A stretch of 64,000 nucleotides of DNA from a virus (lineage: Duplodnaviria > Caudoviricetes): the IMG/VR virus record IMGVR_UViG_3300037255_000025, positions 64,001 through 128,000 of that record; one strand, given 5' to 3'. The position numbers and the translations under genes are program-made. Positions 9,660 to 19,333 of this stretch are shown one piece after another. Numbering within the stretch: the stretch's first letter is position 1; every line of letters begins with the position of its first letter. Below the pieces are notes generated by a model. It was not told the DNA's origin. It made no database searches and worked only from the letters and a program-made list of their open reading frames with translations.

Positions 9660-9982
9660 CGACCAAGCTCGGAGACCCCCTGTCGCCCCGCCAGCAAGAC
9701 GCGCTCAAGGCCATCCAGCGCCACATCGCCGCCCGGGGCTACAGCCCGACGATCCGAGAGCTGGGCGAGGCGCTCAACGTCAGCCCTAGCGGGGCTGCGG
9801 CTCTACTCGAGGGCCTGAAACGCAAGGGGGCGATCCGCCGTCACCCCGACAGGGCGCGGACTATCGTGGTCGCCGTTCCTGTCGTCGGTACGCTCTTCTA
9901 CCTCGTCCTAGACGATACCGGCACGCCCCGGGTCTGCCGCGAAGGCGTCAAGGTTGGTCCAGACGGTCGGGTGCCCGCGTGA
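9656..9982 (+). CDS. LexA-type N-terminal wHTH repressor, no peptidase domain
   Basis: LSPRQQDALKAI...GYSPTIRELGEALNVS...LKRKGAIRR...ARTI. Confidence 0.88.
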   Translation: MTTKLGDPLSPRQQDALKAIQRHIAARGYSPTIRELGEALNVSPSGAAALLEGLKRKGAIRRHPDRARTIVVAVPVVGTLFYLVLDDTGTPRVCREGVKVGPDGRVPA

Positions 9983-10752
9983 CCAAGCAGAAGATCACCC
10001 CCGCCGTCGTTGAATCCTCGGAACCGCCGACCTGGCGCACGCTCGCGTTCCCGCTCGACGACCGGCTCCGCGAGCCCCCGGGGCCCAACCCGAACGTCAT
10101 GTCCGAGCAGGACCTCCAGTTGCTCGCGGACAACATGCGCCGGACCGGCTGTGTCCAACCCGTGCTGGCGCGGGTCCTACCCGGGACCGACCTGCCGCCG
10201 TCCGTCCCGGGCAACGACGACGCGCGTTGGCTCGACACCGCCGCGCTCGAGGTCATCGACGGGTCCCACCGGGTCGAGGCCGCGCGGCGCGCGGGGTTCA
10301 CCGAGATCCCCGTGACGGTCGCGAGCTTCTCCGATGAGCGCGCTCGGGCGCTTCGGATCGGCATGAACAAGCTCCGCGGCGAGCTAGACCTGAACGCGGT
10401 CGGCGCGAGCCTGACGCAGCTCGCGGACCTCGCGGCGATCGACGGTGGCCAGGCCGACCTCCAGCTCACGGGCTACGGCGCCGAGGACATCGCGGACCTG
10501 ATCGCGGCCGTGCAGCCGAGCGACGATGAGGCTAACGCGATGGCGGCGCTCGGCGGGGTGTCGAACGACGCCCCGGAGCCCGCGGCGCCCAAAGAGCGAC
10601 GCTACCTGCTGGAAGTGTCGTTCGCGGACAAGGCCCAACGGGACCGCTGCCGGCGGGTGCTCGATGGTCTCGGCGGCGGCGACCTCCGGGCGGGCTTGCT
10701 GCTCGCGCTCGAGCAGGCGGGTGAGGGTGAAGACGAGGAAAAACATGAGTAG
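9979..10752 (+). CDS. ParB/Srx-like domain protein
   Basis: NPNVMS, GCVQPVL, VIDGSHRVEAA, MNKLRGE. Confidence 0.85.
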   Translation: MTKQKITPAVVESSEPPTWRTLAFPLDDRLREPPGPNPNVMSEQDLQLLADNMRRTGCVQPVLARVLPGTDLPPSVPGNDDARWLDTAALEVIDGSHRVEAARRAGFTEIPVTVASFSDERARALRIGMNKLRGELDLNAVGASLTQLADLAAIDGGQADLQLTGYGAEDIADLIAAVQPSDDEANAMAALGGVSNDAPEPAAPKERRYLLEVSFADKAQRDRCRRVLDGLGGGDLRAGLLLALEQAGEGEDEEKHE

Positions 10753-11068
10753 GATCAAGCGCTTGAGCAAGTCTGACGAAATGATGCGTATGGATGGTTT
10801 CGTGACCGCCATGGAGGTCCATGAGGCCACCGGCCTGGCGCTCAGCGCGATCCACAAGGGCATCGAAGACGGCCGGATCCCGGGCCGGAGCTTGTACGTG
10901 TCCGACAAGTACAGCCACAAGTACGTCGACATCCGCGCATACGTCTCGATGGGACTGTACCGGGGCGCGACCACGATTGAGGCCAACCTGGCCAAGCTGG
11001 TCGCAGCAGTCGACGCCATGAAGGGCAAGTCCGTGGCGTCGACCCCACGGCCCGCATCCGACTCCTGA
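10745..11068 (+). CDS. Small HTH (excisionase/MerR-like) DNA-binding protein
   Basis: TAMEVHEATGLALSAIHKGIEDGRIPG. Confidence 0.6.
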   Translation: MSRIKRLSKSDEMMRMDGFVTAMEVHEATGLALSAIHKGIEDGRIPGRSLYVSDKYSHKYVDIRAYVSMGLYRGATTIEANLAKLVAAVDAMKGKSVASTPRPASDS

Positions 11069-11086
11069 CACGCGGGGGCCTTTGCC

Positions 11087-13861
11087 ATGATGATCCGCCT
11101 AACCAACCGGGTCGCGACGTTGGTACGCGCGACGCCCGAGGAGCGCGACTACGTCCGCGGCTACCTGTCGATCCCTGACCCGCAGGCGTTCTTCAAGGGC
11201 AAGGAAGAGGCGACGTACAACCTCTACACCGAGGCCACGTCGTCGTTCTTCGGTGGGTTCCTGCCTGGGCTGCGCAAGGCCGCGGCGGCCGAGGGGTTCA
11301 CGGTCGAGATCGTGGACAACCGGGTCCAGCCGGTCGCGCGCGACCCCGCGGCGGACCTCGCGTGGCTCCGGGACTACCAACGCGAGGCCGTGGACGCCGT
11401 AGACAGCCATGTACATGGCATCATTTGGCAAATTACGGGATGTCTCGTCGGAGACACCTCCCTCGTCGTCAACCGGGGCGGAGCCGCTCGTCCAGTGGCG
11501 CTGAAGACCTTGGTGAGTCGTATGCGTGGGGAAGCTACGCGAAACCACGGCGGTAAGGGACGAACGTGCGCGTGGGACCTCTCGATCCCGACCTACACAC
11601 AATCGGTCGATCCCGAGGGGTATCTCCGCCTCAATCAAATCGTCAACGTCCACGATAACGGGGAGGCGGACGTCTTCTGCCTCAAGCTCACCGACGGGCG
11701 GTCGATCCGCGGAACGGCGGACCACCGCTTTCTTCAAGAAAGCGGCGAGTACACGCGGCTGGGTGACCTAGCCCCGGGCGACGAGGTCATGATCATCGAG
11801 TGGCCCAAGAGCCTGGCCAAGCTCGCGCATCACGACAAGGTCGACGACTACGAGCTGATCGACAAGATGTACAACCACCCGTATGCACAGTGGACGAACT
11901 GGTCGCGCACGGGGAAGCTCGTGCGCGTCCCGAAGCACCGACTCGTTGCCGAGGCCCGCCTGAACAACATCAACCTGTTCGAGCTTGTGGGCCGAATCAT
12001 CCTCAACGAGATTGAGGGCCTGACCTTCCTCGGGCCCGAGGTCCACGTCCACCACAAGGATGAAAACAGGCGAAACAACGACCCCGACAACTTGGAGGTC
12101 CTCCCGCGCAAGGAACACCTCGCGGAGCACGGACGCCGCGGTGGTTGGAAGAACGTGTCCGGTCGCGCGGTTCCCGCCGTCGTCGCGAGCATCACGCCCT
12201 GCGGCCGAGAGCCTGTGTACGACCTGACGATGGCGAGCCCGATGTCGAACTACGTGGCCAACGAGTTCGTCGTCCACAACAGCGGCAAATCGGACGTTGC
12301 GGTGGGACTCACGCGCGCGTTCCCCTGCCACTGGTTGTTCATGGCCCCGAGCCTCTCGTTGGTGAACAGCATGGCGGACCGCTTCGTGTTGCGGAACACC
12401 GAGCACGGAGTCGACCTGGGTGAGCCCGGCCGGATCGGCGAGGGTCGGTGGACCGAAGGCGCCCGCCTGACGTGCGCCACCTACCAATCGATCCAGCGCA
12501 GCCTGGCCAACCCGAGTACGCGGGCACTGCTCGAGCGCACCGGGGGCCTGGTCGTCGACGAGTGCTTCGTCGCGGGCACGCCTGTGGGTGACGTACCCAT
12601 CGAAGCCGTGCGCGTGGGGGACTACGTCCCCTCGTTCGACACGGACGCGGACCCTTGGGACCCGGTCCAGCGTCGTGTCCTGCGGACGATGCGGCGGCGG
12701 CCCGAAGTGCTCACCCGCGTCTGGCTATCGACCGGCGAGAGCTTCGTCTGCACGCCAAGCCATAAGTTCTGGACCCCATGTCGCGCAACAGAGCACCGTT
12801 GGACGCCCGCGGAGTCGCTCGAGGGCCACCTCCTGGTCGACGCCTACGCGGCGCCGGTAGGTGCGCCCCCGCTGGTCCGGGTCGATCGAGTACAGGCGCT
12901 TCACCCCGGGGCCGACGGAACCTTTGAGGGCGCGTGCCCCGACGGGTACGTGTACGACCTCGAAGTCGAAGGGACGCACACGTTCCTGGTGGGGTCCGGC
13001 ATCGTGGTCCATAACTGCCACCAGGTCCCCGCGCGCACGTTTCTGGAAGCGACGAGGGCCTGCAACGCCTACTGGCGTGTAGGGTTGTCGTCGACCCCGA
13101 TGGCCCGTGGCGACATGAAGTCGGCGCTCACGATGGGCGTCACGGGTCCGGTGATCCACCGCTACACGGCCCAGCAGGCCATCGCGGCCGGCGTGGTCTC
13201 GACCGCCCGGGTCCGGATGATCACTGTCAAGCACCCGAACCCCGCGGGCTACACGTACGCTGAGGTTTACCAGGAGCTGATCGCGCGGTCCGCACAGCGC
13301 AACGCGATGGCGGTCGCGGCGTTGAAGAAGGCGGCCAAGCCCGCCATCGCGTTCGTCAAGCACATCCAACACGGCCGGACGCTGCTCAAGCTGCTCCAGC
13401 AGGCGGGCATCTCGGCGGAGTTCGTCTGGGGCACGCACAAGGCCGCGGAGATCGAACGCCACATCAACGACCTGCGCCGCGGCGACACCGAGGTGATCGT
13501 GTCGAGTGCGGTCCTAAGGCAAGGAATTGATGTCCCGGAGCTGCGAACGGTCGTGAACTTGTCGGCGGGTCGGAGCGTCATCGACGTGCTCCAGAAGCTG
13601 GGCCGCGGGTCCCGGGTCGAGCGCGACGCCGCCGGCAACGCGGTCAAGACCTCGTTCGAGCTGGTGGACTTCTACGACATCTCGTCGGAGTGGCTCGAGG
13701 ACCACGCGAAGAAGCGGCGGCGCGCCTACCTCGGCGAGGGCTACTCGGTGGTAGTGGAAGGCGAGATCCCCCGGAAGCACGTGCGGGCCGACCCCGCGCG
13801 GGTGTCTTGGGGCCTGGCCGACGCGCCGGCAAACAAGCGCGAGATCGGTAAGGGGCCCTGA
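11087..13861 (+). CDS. SF2 DExH helicase (UvsW/Rad25-like) with two inteins
   Basis: LRDYQ; TG|SGKS; VVDE|CH; GLSSTP; QGIDVP; QKLGRGSR. Confidence 0.93.
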   Translation: MMIRLTNRVATLVRATPEERDYVRGYLSIPDPQAFFKGKEEATYNLYTEATSSFFGGFLPGLRKAAAAEGFTVEIVDNRVQPVARDPAADLAWLRDYQREAVDAVDSHVHGIIWQITGCLVGDTSLVVNRGGAARPVALKTLVSRMRGEATRNHGGKGRTCAWDLSIPTYTQSVDPEGYLRLNQIVNVHDNGEADVFCLKLTDGRSIRGTADHRFLQESGEYTRLGDLAPGDEVMIIEWPKSLAKLAHHDKVDDYELIDKMYNHPYAQWTNWSRTGKLVRVPKHRLVAEARLNNINLFELVGRIILNEIEGLTFLGPEVHVHHKDENRRNNDPDNLEVLPRKEHLAEHGRRGGWKNVSGRAVPAVVASITPCGREPVYDLTMASPMSNYVANEFVVHNSGKSDVAVGLTRAFPCHWLFMAPSLSLVNSMADRFVLRNTEHGVDLGEPGRIGEGRWTEGARLTCATYQSIQRSLANPSTRALLERTGGLVVDECFVAGTPVGDVPIEAVRVGDYVPSFDTDADPWDPVQRRVLRTMRRRPEVLTRVWLSTGESFVCTPSHKFWTPCRATEHRWTPAESLEGHLLVDAYAAPVGAPPLVRVDRVQALHPGADGTFEGACPDGYVYDLEVEGTHTFLVGSGIVVHNCHQVPARTFLEATRACNAYWRVGLSSTPMARGDMKSALTMGVTGPVIHRYTAQQAIAAGVVSTARVRMITVKHPNPAGYTYAEVYQELIARSAQRNAMAVAALKKAAKPAIAFVKHIQHGRTLLKLLQQAGISAEFVWGTHKAAEIERHINDLRRGDTEVIVSSAVLRQGIDVPELRTVVNLSAGRSVIDVLQKLGRGSRVERDAAGNAVKTSFELVDFYDISSEWLEDHAKKRRRAYLGEGYSVVVEGEIPRKHVRADPARVSWGLADAPANKREIGKGP
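11441..12280 (+). mobile_element. Intein (280 aa) with HNH endonuclease, in Walker A
   Basis: CLVGDT...TADHRF...HRLV...VHHKDENRRNNDPDNL...VVHN|S. Confidence 0.95.
12563..13015 (+). mobile_element. Mini-intein (151 aa) inside the DECH motif
   Basis: CFVAGTPV...TPSHKF...VYDLEVEGTHTF...VVHN|C. Confidence 0.95.
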
Positions 13862-13953
13862 TGCAGTATGTACGCTGGGTCACGTCCACGCACTACTTCT
13901 ACTACCTGGCCTACGCCACCGAAGCGGTAACGCCGCACGGGAGAGGGCGATAA
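13861..13953 (+). CDS. Putative 30-aa peptide (MQYVRWVTSTHYFYYLAY...)
   Basis: Preceded by the GGTAAGGGGCCC motif; TGATG overlap; fills the gap to 13956. Confidence 0.4.
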   Translation: MQYVRWVTSTHYFYYLAYATEAVTPHGRGR

Positions 13954-13955
13954 CG

Positions 13956-14465
13956 GTGCCGTTCATCCTGTGTAAGCGAAGAGACGCACATCGGTCGCTG
14001 TACCTACACACCTGGCCTACCCCAGGCCAAGTCGCAAAACTGGTCCAACGTTGGGAAGAAATGGGCCCATCCGCGGCAGCATCGGACCCCTACGGCTTTT
14101 GGATCCCCCTTTCAGACCCCCGCGAGCACCATCTCGCTCTTTTGGCGGACCGCTTCGTGTTGCGGAACACCGAGCACGGAGTCGACCTGGGTGAGCCCGG
14201 GCGCATCGGAGAGGGCTCTTGGGATGAATACGCCTGGTGGGGGGACCACCCCGGCGGCGCGAAAGGCTACAAGGACAAGGCCGCGCTCGTGGCGTTGGCC
14301 GAGGCTCGGTTCGCCGCCCTCCCCGAGGTGTTTCATACGTCGAAGGGTCGACCCGTCTGGTGGCCCAAGCTGAAGTCGGTCATCATCGTCGACCAGGCGC
14401 AGGAGATGCTCCGGTACGCCGCCAAGGGCCCGCGCGACGAGTGGGGCCGACCGATCGGGCGATAG
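13956..14465 (+). CDS. Divergent 'ADELLEREA'-family protein carrying a captured helicase segment
   Basis: MPFILCK... start, IIVDQAQEMLRYAA end; 14143-14200 is identical to 12372-12429. Confidence 0.65.
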   Translation: MPFILCKRRDAHRSLYLHTWPTPGQVAKLVQRWEEMGPSAAASDPYGFWIPLSDPREHHLALLADRFVLRNTEHGVDLGEPGRIGEGSWDEYAWWGDHPGGAKGYKDKAALVALAEARFAALPEVFHTSKGRPVWWPKLKSVIIVDQAQEMLRYAAKGPRDEWGRPIGR

Positions 14466-14616
14466 CGCCCCGGGTCGCGGCGCTTTACGACCGACCCCGA
14501 ACCGGGGTAGGGTCGCCCTTCGGCCGCGCCGCGGCCCCCGACCTCAAACCCCAAATAGACGTTCGCCCCGGCTCACTTTCCAGGGCAAGCCAGGGCGACG
14601 TCTGACAAGTGACTAT

Positions 14617-16398
14617 ATGACTATACACACGCGTTCGTCGTCGATCAAGCCCGATCCGCATCCCGCGCGGCCTTCGCCGGGCGTCGTCGTAAAGCCCGCG
14701 AACACGAACTGGGAGGTCGCCGGGGGCGAGACACTGCCCGTCGACACCATGGAACGGAAGCTCGGGCGGAACACTTGGGCGGTCTACCGGTGCCTCGCGA
14801 CCTGCCGCGACCCGCGCAACGGGCTCACGCGCATTTGGAACGAGACGATCGCCCGATACACGGGGATCCACCTCGACGTCGTCAAGGATGCGACCGCGAA
14901 GTTGAAGCGGTTGGGCCTCGTCGAGAGCGGCAAGGTCAAGGACGAGCCGGACCTCGGGGTCCTGGGCTTCCGCAACTTCCACCGCCCCGCCCGGGGCATC
15001 TGGCGGGCCCTCAACACGAAGGTCTACGTCCGGCGCATCCGGGGGTCGGCCGCCGTCGGAGCCGTCGGGGCCGACCGGGTCTGGATCCTTCCCGCCGAGG
15101 CAAAGCGCCGCATCACCGCCCCCGACCCGCGGGGGGGCCCGCGACCCGGGGCAGGTCGCCCCAAGGGGTCGGGCAACCTGCGTTACCCCCGCCCCGCCCA
15201 CGGGCCCGCGGGGTGGGGCATCCGGGCATGGATGTGGGACCAAGATCCGAGCTACGTCGCCCCGGTTGAGGTGCTCTCCGGGGTCGATTTCGTCGGTGAC
15301 CAGGATATCAAAAAGCCCCCGACGGGCGACGCCGAAAAGAATCAAAACCACCGTCGACGATCTGATCCGGATCTGGGATCTCCTCCGGATCTGGATCCGG
15401 ATCCGGATTCTTCTTCGAAGAATCCCGCGCGTGCGCGCGAGTTGGATTTTCAGATCCAGAGCCCGGACGGCACGCGGACCGGGTGCACGGATCACGACCC
15501 GATCCAAACCACCGCGACCCCTTCGACGTCGACCGCGGGTAAGATTCCGGGTCCGCCCCCGATGACGAACCCGACGCTCATGACTCCAACGCAGGACCCC
15601 GCCGGGGTTGCGCAGAACCGACCCGAGAACGCGTCGGGGGGTTCCAACCCAAGCGAGACCCTGTCGCGGGTCTCCGGAGCCGTTTACGACCCCGCTACGT
15701 CGGCCGACACCGTACCCACGATGACGCCCGAAGAAGAGCTGGCGTTGCCGATCGGGACGTTCTTGCGACTCGCGGGGTTGCCCCGTACGCCGTCGCTGAA
15801 CGATTTCTTGGTGGAAACTCCGCCCCCCGCGAGGCTCGCGCCGGAGACGACCCCCTACGAGCGTGCGCGGCTTTTGGTTGCGACCTACCTGAGCGGGCTC
15901 GAAAAGCGCTACCCGGACGAACCCATGCGGGACTTTCGCGGCAACCTCGCAAAGTCCAAGCACTACGACAACCTCGTGGCGGCGGCCGCGGCGATGATTC
16001 CGCTCAACGTGGCGCCGGCCGCGTGGGTCTTGTATTCGTTCGATGTCTGGGAGCGCGGCGGCGGTATGCGGACCGGTGTGGTCCCGCCGCCGCGATTCGT
16101 TTTCGACCCGAAGCGCTTGAGCCGTCAGGGCGTCGCGATGTTCAACAAGGTCGAGCTGGACTACCGGGCCGTCCCCAACAAGATCACCGACGAGTTCCGG
16201 GAACTGACGCGCGCGTACAACCGGGCGATGCGGTTGGCGAGCGAGGCGCCGTCGTTGGCGGCCGCGCGTGTCGTGGTCGCGACGACGTTGGCGGAGAGGG
16301 GCTGGGAAACCCTGTTCAAAGCCGCGACCAAGGCGACACAGGTCGCGAGGGCGGCGCTCGCCGCGCGGATCGCTTCGGGCGAGATGGTTTGGGGCTGA
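14617..16398 (+). CDS. Putative replication initiator (N-terminal wHTH, low-complexity linker)
   Basis: ETIARYTGIHLDVVKDATAKLKRLGLV wHTH; DPDPD/PARARE linker; directly upstream of DnaB. Confidence 0.65.
   Translation: MTIHTRSSSIKPDPHPARPSPGVVVKPANTNWEVAGGETLPVDTMERKLGRNTWAVYRCLATCRDPRNGLTRIWNETIARYTGIHLDVVKDATAKLKRLGLVESGKVKDEPDLGVLGFRNFHRPARGIWRALNTKVYVRRIRGSAAVGAVGADRVWILPAEAKRRITAPDPRGGPRPGAGRPKGSGNLRYPRPAHGPAGWGIRAWMWDQDPSYVAPVEVLSGVDFVGDQDIKKPPTGDAEKNQNHRRRSDPDLGSPPDLDPDPDSSSKNPARARELDFQIQSPDGTRTGCTDHDPIQTTATPSTSTAGKIPGPPPMTNPTLMTPTQDPAGVAQNRPENASGGSNPSETLSRVSGAVYDPATSADTVPTMTPEEELALPIGTFLRLAGLPRTPSLNDFLVETPPPARLAPETTPYERARLLVATYLSGLEKRYPDEPMRDFRGNLAKSKHYDNLVAAAAAMIPLNVAPAAWVLYSFDVWERGGGMRTGVVPPPRFVFDPKRLSRQGVAMFNKVELDYRAVPNKITDEFRELTRAYNRAMRLASEAPSLAAARVVVATTLAERGWETLFKAATKATQVARAALAARIASGEMVWG
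15359..15460 (+). repeat. GATC/GGATCC-rich iteron-like cluster, candidate origin inside the initiator gene
   Basis: GATCTGATCCGGATCTGGGATCTCCTCCGGATCTGGATCCGGATCCGGATTC followed by CGCGCGTGCGCGCG. Confidence 0.55.
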
Positions 16399-16412
16399 TA
16401 GGAGCGCGAACG

Positions 16413-17795
16413 ATGGCGACTGACCGGAGCTACTACTGGCTGGATCTAAGGTTCGAGCGGCGTGTCGTCTTTTTGGCGTGTACGTCGCCGAAGTTTTGGG
16501 CTCGGCTGGGCCACGAGATCGAAGCCGAGAACCTGAACGCCGAAGAGGCTCGGTGGGCCATGCGGGCCGCCCGGATGATCGTGGCCGAGACCCACCGCCC
16601 GCCCGACTCATTTGTTCTCGTGCTCCAGCGGCTCAGGACGCTCATGGACGACGGCAAGGTCAGCTACGCCGAGGTCGAGGCCGTGGGTGACTACTTCATC
16701 GCGGGCGCGGAGGACTCGATCGCGTACGACGCCGTCGTGGACCAGCTCGCGCCCGTGTTGGCGAAGCGACTGCGCAACAAGGTTGTCTTGGCGGTCATGC
16801 AGGAGGCAGCACAACCCGACGGCGAGGAGGGTCCGTTCCCGGAGGCGCGTAAGTTGGTCGAGCGGGCGGCGGCGGTGGGCCGGGACGCCGAGGTGACCGA
16901 CGTCGGGGTTGTGCTCGGTGAGGGTAGCTACGACGCGATCAAGGCTGTGCGCGGCTTGGTTCGGCTTGGCACCGGCATCGAGGATTTGGACGCGCAGCTC
17001 AACGGGGGACCGCGGCGAGGAGGGTTCACGATCTGGATGGGCTCGACGGGGGCGGGAAAGTCGCTCAGCCTCACGCACACGACGAGCCACGCGTTGCGCC
17101 ACCAAAAGGTCGTCGCGTTCGCGACGCTGGAGCTGCCACTGGACCAGCAGTTCTCGCGACTCAAAGCCAACCTCACGGGTTTCCAAATCGACGACGTCCA
17201 GGACGACCCCGACTGCACCCGCGGTTGGTTCGCGGTGAACGGCGGCGGGCTCGGGCGCGCGTACCTCCAGGCGTTCCCTTCGCACGCCACGACGGTGGCG
17301 GATCTACGAAAGTGGGTGGACGAGGTCGAGTTGCGTGAGGGGGCATGCCGGGGTCTCGCGGAGGGGACGCGACATTCGATCGACCTGTTGGTCATCGACT
17401 ACGGGGACCTTTTGGCCGTGCCGTCTTCAGTGGGTAAAGACGCGGACCACGGTTACTCGGTGGGCAAGCACGTGTTCGGCGAGTTGCGCGACTACGCCGA
17501 GGGCCAGAAGCAGCCCGGCGACAAGGGGCACCCCGGGGGGCCCATCTGGGTGTCGACCGCGTGTGCCGCGACGCGTGGAACCGCGTCAGCCAAGCGCAAG
17601 TACCTGTCGTCGGACGACATCGCGGACTCGATCCACAAGTCGCGACGCGCGACCCTGATGATCTCGATCAACCCACGCGACGACGGCACGGAGTATTGGG
17701 TCGCGAAGAACACGCACGGCAAGGACCTGTTTCCGGTGGGGCCGATCTTTGGCGAGCGCGAGAAGGGCCGCATCGCGCCGCTGTACAGCGTGTGA
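16413..17795 (+). CDS. dnaB: DnaB-like replicative helicase
   Basis: LGTGIEDLD, GSTGAGKS, TLEL, LVIDYGDL, IADSIHK, VAKN. Confidence 0.9.
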   Translation: MATDRSYYWLDLRFERRVVFLACTSPKFWARLGHEIEAENLNAEEARWAMRAARMIVAETHRPPDSFVLVLQRLRTLMDDGKVSYAEVEAVGDYFIAGAEDSIAYDAVVDQLAPVLAKRLRNKVVLAVMQEAAQPDGEEGPFPEARKLVERAAAVGRDAEVTDVGVVLGEGSYDAIKAVRGLVRLGTGIEDLDAQLNGGPRRGGFTIWMGSTGAGKSLSLTHTTSHALRHQKVVAFATLELPLDQQFSRLKANLTGFQIDDVQDDPDCTRGWFAVNGGGLGRAYLQAFPSHATTVADLRKWVDEVELREGACRGLAEGTRHSIDLLVIDYGDLLAVPSSVGKDADHGYSVGKHVFGELRDYAEGQKQPGDKGHPGGPIWVSTACAATRGTASAKRKYLSSDDIADSIHKSRRATLMISINPRDDGTEYWVAKNTHGKDLFPVGPIFGEREKGRIAPLYSV

Positions 17796-18253
17796 AGTCG
17801 AAACACGAGCGCGCGTCGACTTGGTGCAGTCTCCGGACGCTCGGGGCCGCGCGGCGCTGCGCCATCATCTACCGTGGTGGGGGCTACTGCGCGTGGTGCC
17901 GGGTTCCGCTCACGCAGGACACGGCCCAGATCGACCACGTCGTGCCCCGGCGTCACGGCGGATCGAACGACCCGGCGAACCTGGTCGCGGCGTGTTCGGA
18001 ATGCAACGCGCGTCGCCCCGACGTGACGGGCGACCTCGCGCAGCTTTGCGAGCCGTTGGACACCGCTGCGGGCTTCCAGTTGGCGCTCTGCTGGTACCCA
18101 TGGTTGCCCGCCCGCTACGCTGACAAGGAAGCGCGCAAGCGCAACGCTCGGGACCAACAGCGCGAGCGCCAACGGGCCGCGCGACTCGAGGGCCTCGGTG
18201 GCGACGCGTTCCCGTTTGGCGCCGCGGAGCCTGAAGCCGCGGCGGCGGAGTAG
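17792..18253 (+). CDS. HNH endonuclease
   Basis: CAWC...IDHVVPRRHGGSNDPANLVAACSECN. Confidence 0.9.
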   Translation: MKSKHERASTWCSLRTLGAARRCAIIYRGGGYCAWCRVPLTQDTAQIDHVVPRRHGGSNDPANLVAACSECNARRPDVTGDLAQLCEPLDTAAGFQLALCWYPWLPARYADKEARKRNARDQQRERQRAARLEGLGGDAFPFGAAEPEAAAAE

Positions 18254-18307
18254 CGCCGTGGGGTTGGTCGTCGCAAAGCCGGCCCGCTCGGGGTAAGGGT
18301 CGCGTCG

Positions 18308-19333
18308 ATGACGACCCCTCGCGCGCTCCTGTACACGTTCGCGGACTACCGACGCGACATGAACCTCGTCCTCGTCGAGCCCTCGTGGGGGGACTACGAA
18401 GTGCACTGCGACGCCAAAGGGATCCCGCCGCGTAAGCCCGACGGCGACATCAACAACTGCGCGCTCGTTCACGGGGAATCGGCGCAGGATTGCCAGGTGT
18501 GCCCGGGCCGGTGCCCCGACGCCGTCCGGCTGTTCCAACGGGCCGCGGGGGCGTCGGTCGTGACCGCGGCGGAACTGGAGGCGGAGCCCGCCGCGGAGCG
18601 GGCGGCGGAGCCGACCGAGCCCGCGGCCGCGGAGGACGCGACGCCGCTGGCGCACGCGTTCGCACACTCGAGCGCCAGCGTGGAGCACTACAGCCCCTTC
18701 GGCCTTGTCGGCGCGGCTGCCCGGGTCTTTGGTGGGACGATCGACCTGGACCCTGCGAGCTGCGAGGCCGCGAACGAGTACATCGAGGCCACGACGTATT
18801 ACGACGCCGCGACCAACGGTCTGAAGCAGGCCTGGGCGGGCAGTGTGTGGCTAAACCCGCCCGGGGGTCTGTGCGACGAGGACGGGCGACCCTGTTACCC
18901 CCGGACGCGCAAGCGCGAGGGCTGCACCGTGACGGGCGCATGTGGTCTCGAGCCCGGGCACCAACATAAGGGCGTGACCAGCTCGGCCAAGCACTGGTGG
19001 GCGAAGCTCGCGCGTGAGTGGTCCGCGGGGCACCTCACGCAGGCGGTGTTCCTGGGGTTCTCGCTCGAGCAGCTCGGGTCCACGCAGTCCGACGTCGGTC
19101 CGGGCTTGCTGACGCCGCTCGACTGCATCCTGTGCCTGCCGCGCAAGCGCGTGCGGTACCTGCATCAGGACCCCGACGGCGCGCTGGTCTCGGGCGACGC
19201 CCCGCCGCACAGCTCGTTCCTGGCCTATCTCGGCCCCAACACGAAGGCGTTCACGGCGGCGTTCGTGCCGTTCGGCCGCGTGTTGGTCGGGCACCACGAC
19301 CTGCGATCGGTGTGGTGGGACGAGACGCCATGA
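18308..19333 (+). CDS. Phage DNA N6-adenine methyltransferase-like protein
   Basis: EHYSP, IDLDPAS, NGLKQAW, VWLNPPG (NPPY variant). Confidence 0.8.
   Translation: MTTPRALLYTFADYRRDMNLVLVEPSWGDYEVHCDAKGIPPRKPDGDINNCALVHGESAQDCQVCPGRCPDAVRLFQRAAGASVVTAAELEAEPAAERAAEPTEPAAAEDATPLAHAFAHSSASVEHYSPFGLVGAAARVFGGTIDLDPASCEAANEYIEATTYYDAATNGLKQAWAGSVWLNPPGGLCDEDGRPCYPRTRKREGCTVTGACGLEPGHQHKGVTSSAKHWWAKLAREWSAGHLTQAVFLGFSLEQLGSTQSDVGPGLLTPLDCILCLPRKRVRYLHQDPDGALVSGDAPPHSSFLAYLGPNTKAFTAAFVPFGRVLVGHHDLRSVWWDETP

Noticed and set aside
12372-14230. DGR template/variable repeat pair
   Set aside because: No reverse transcriptase in the window; the core is identical and flanking differences are not adenine-specific
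14485-16611. Long antisense and alternative-frame ORFs (e.g. 14485-16611 -, 6565-7974 -, 53898-55208 +)
   Set aside because: Arg/Gly-rich shadows of real genes, expected at high GC
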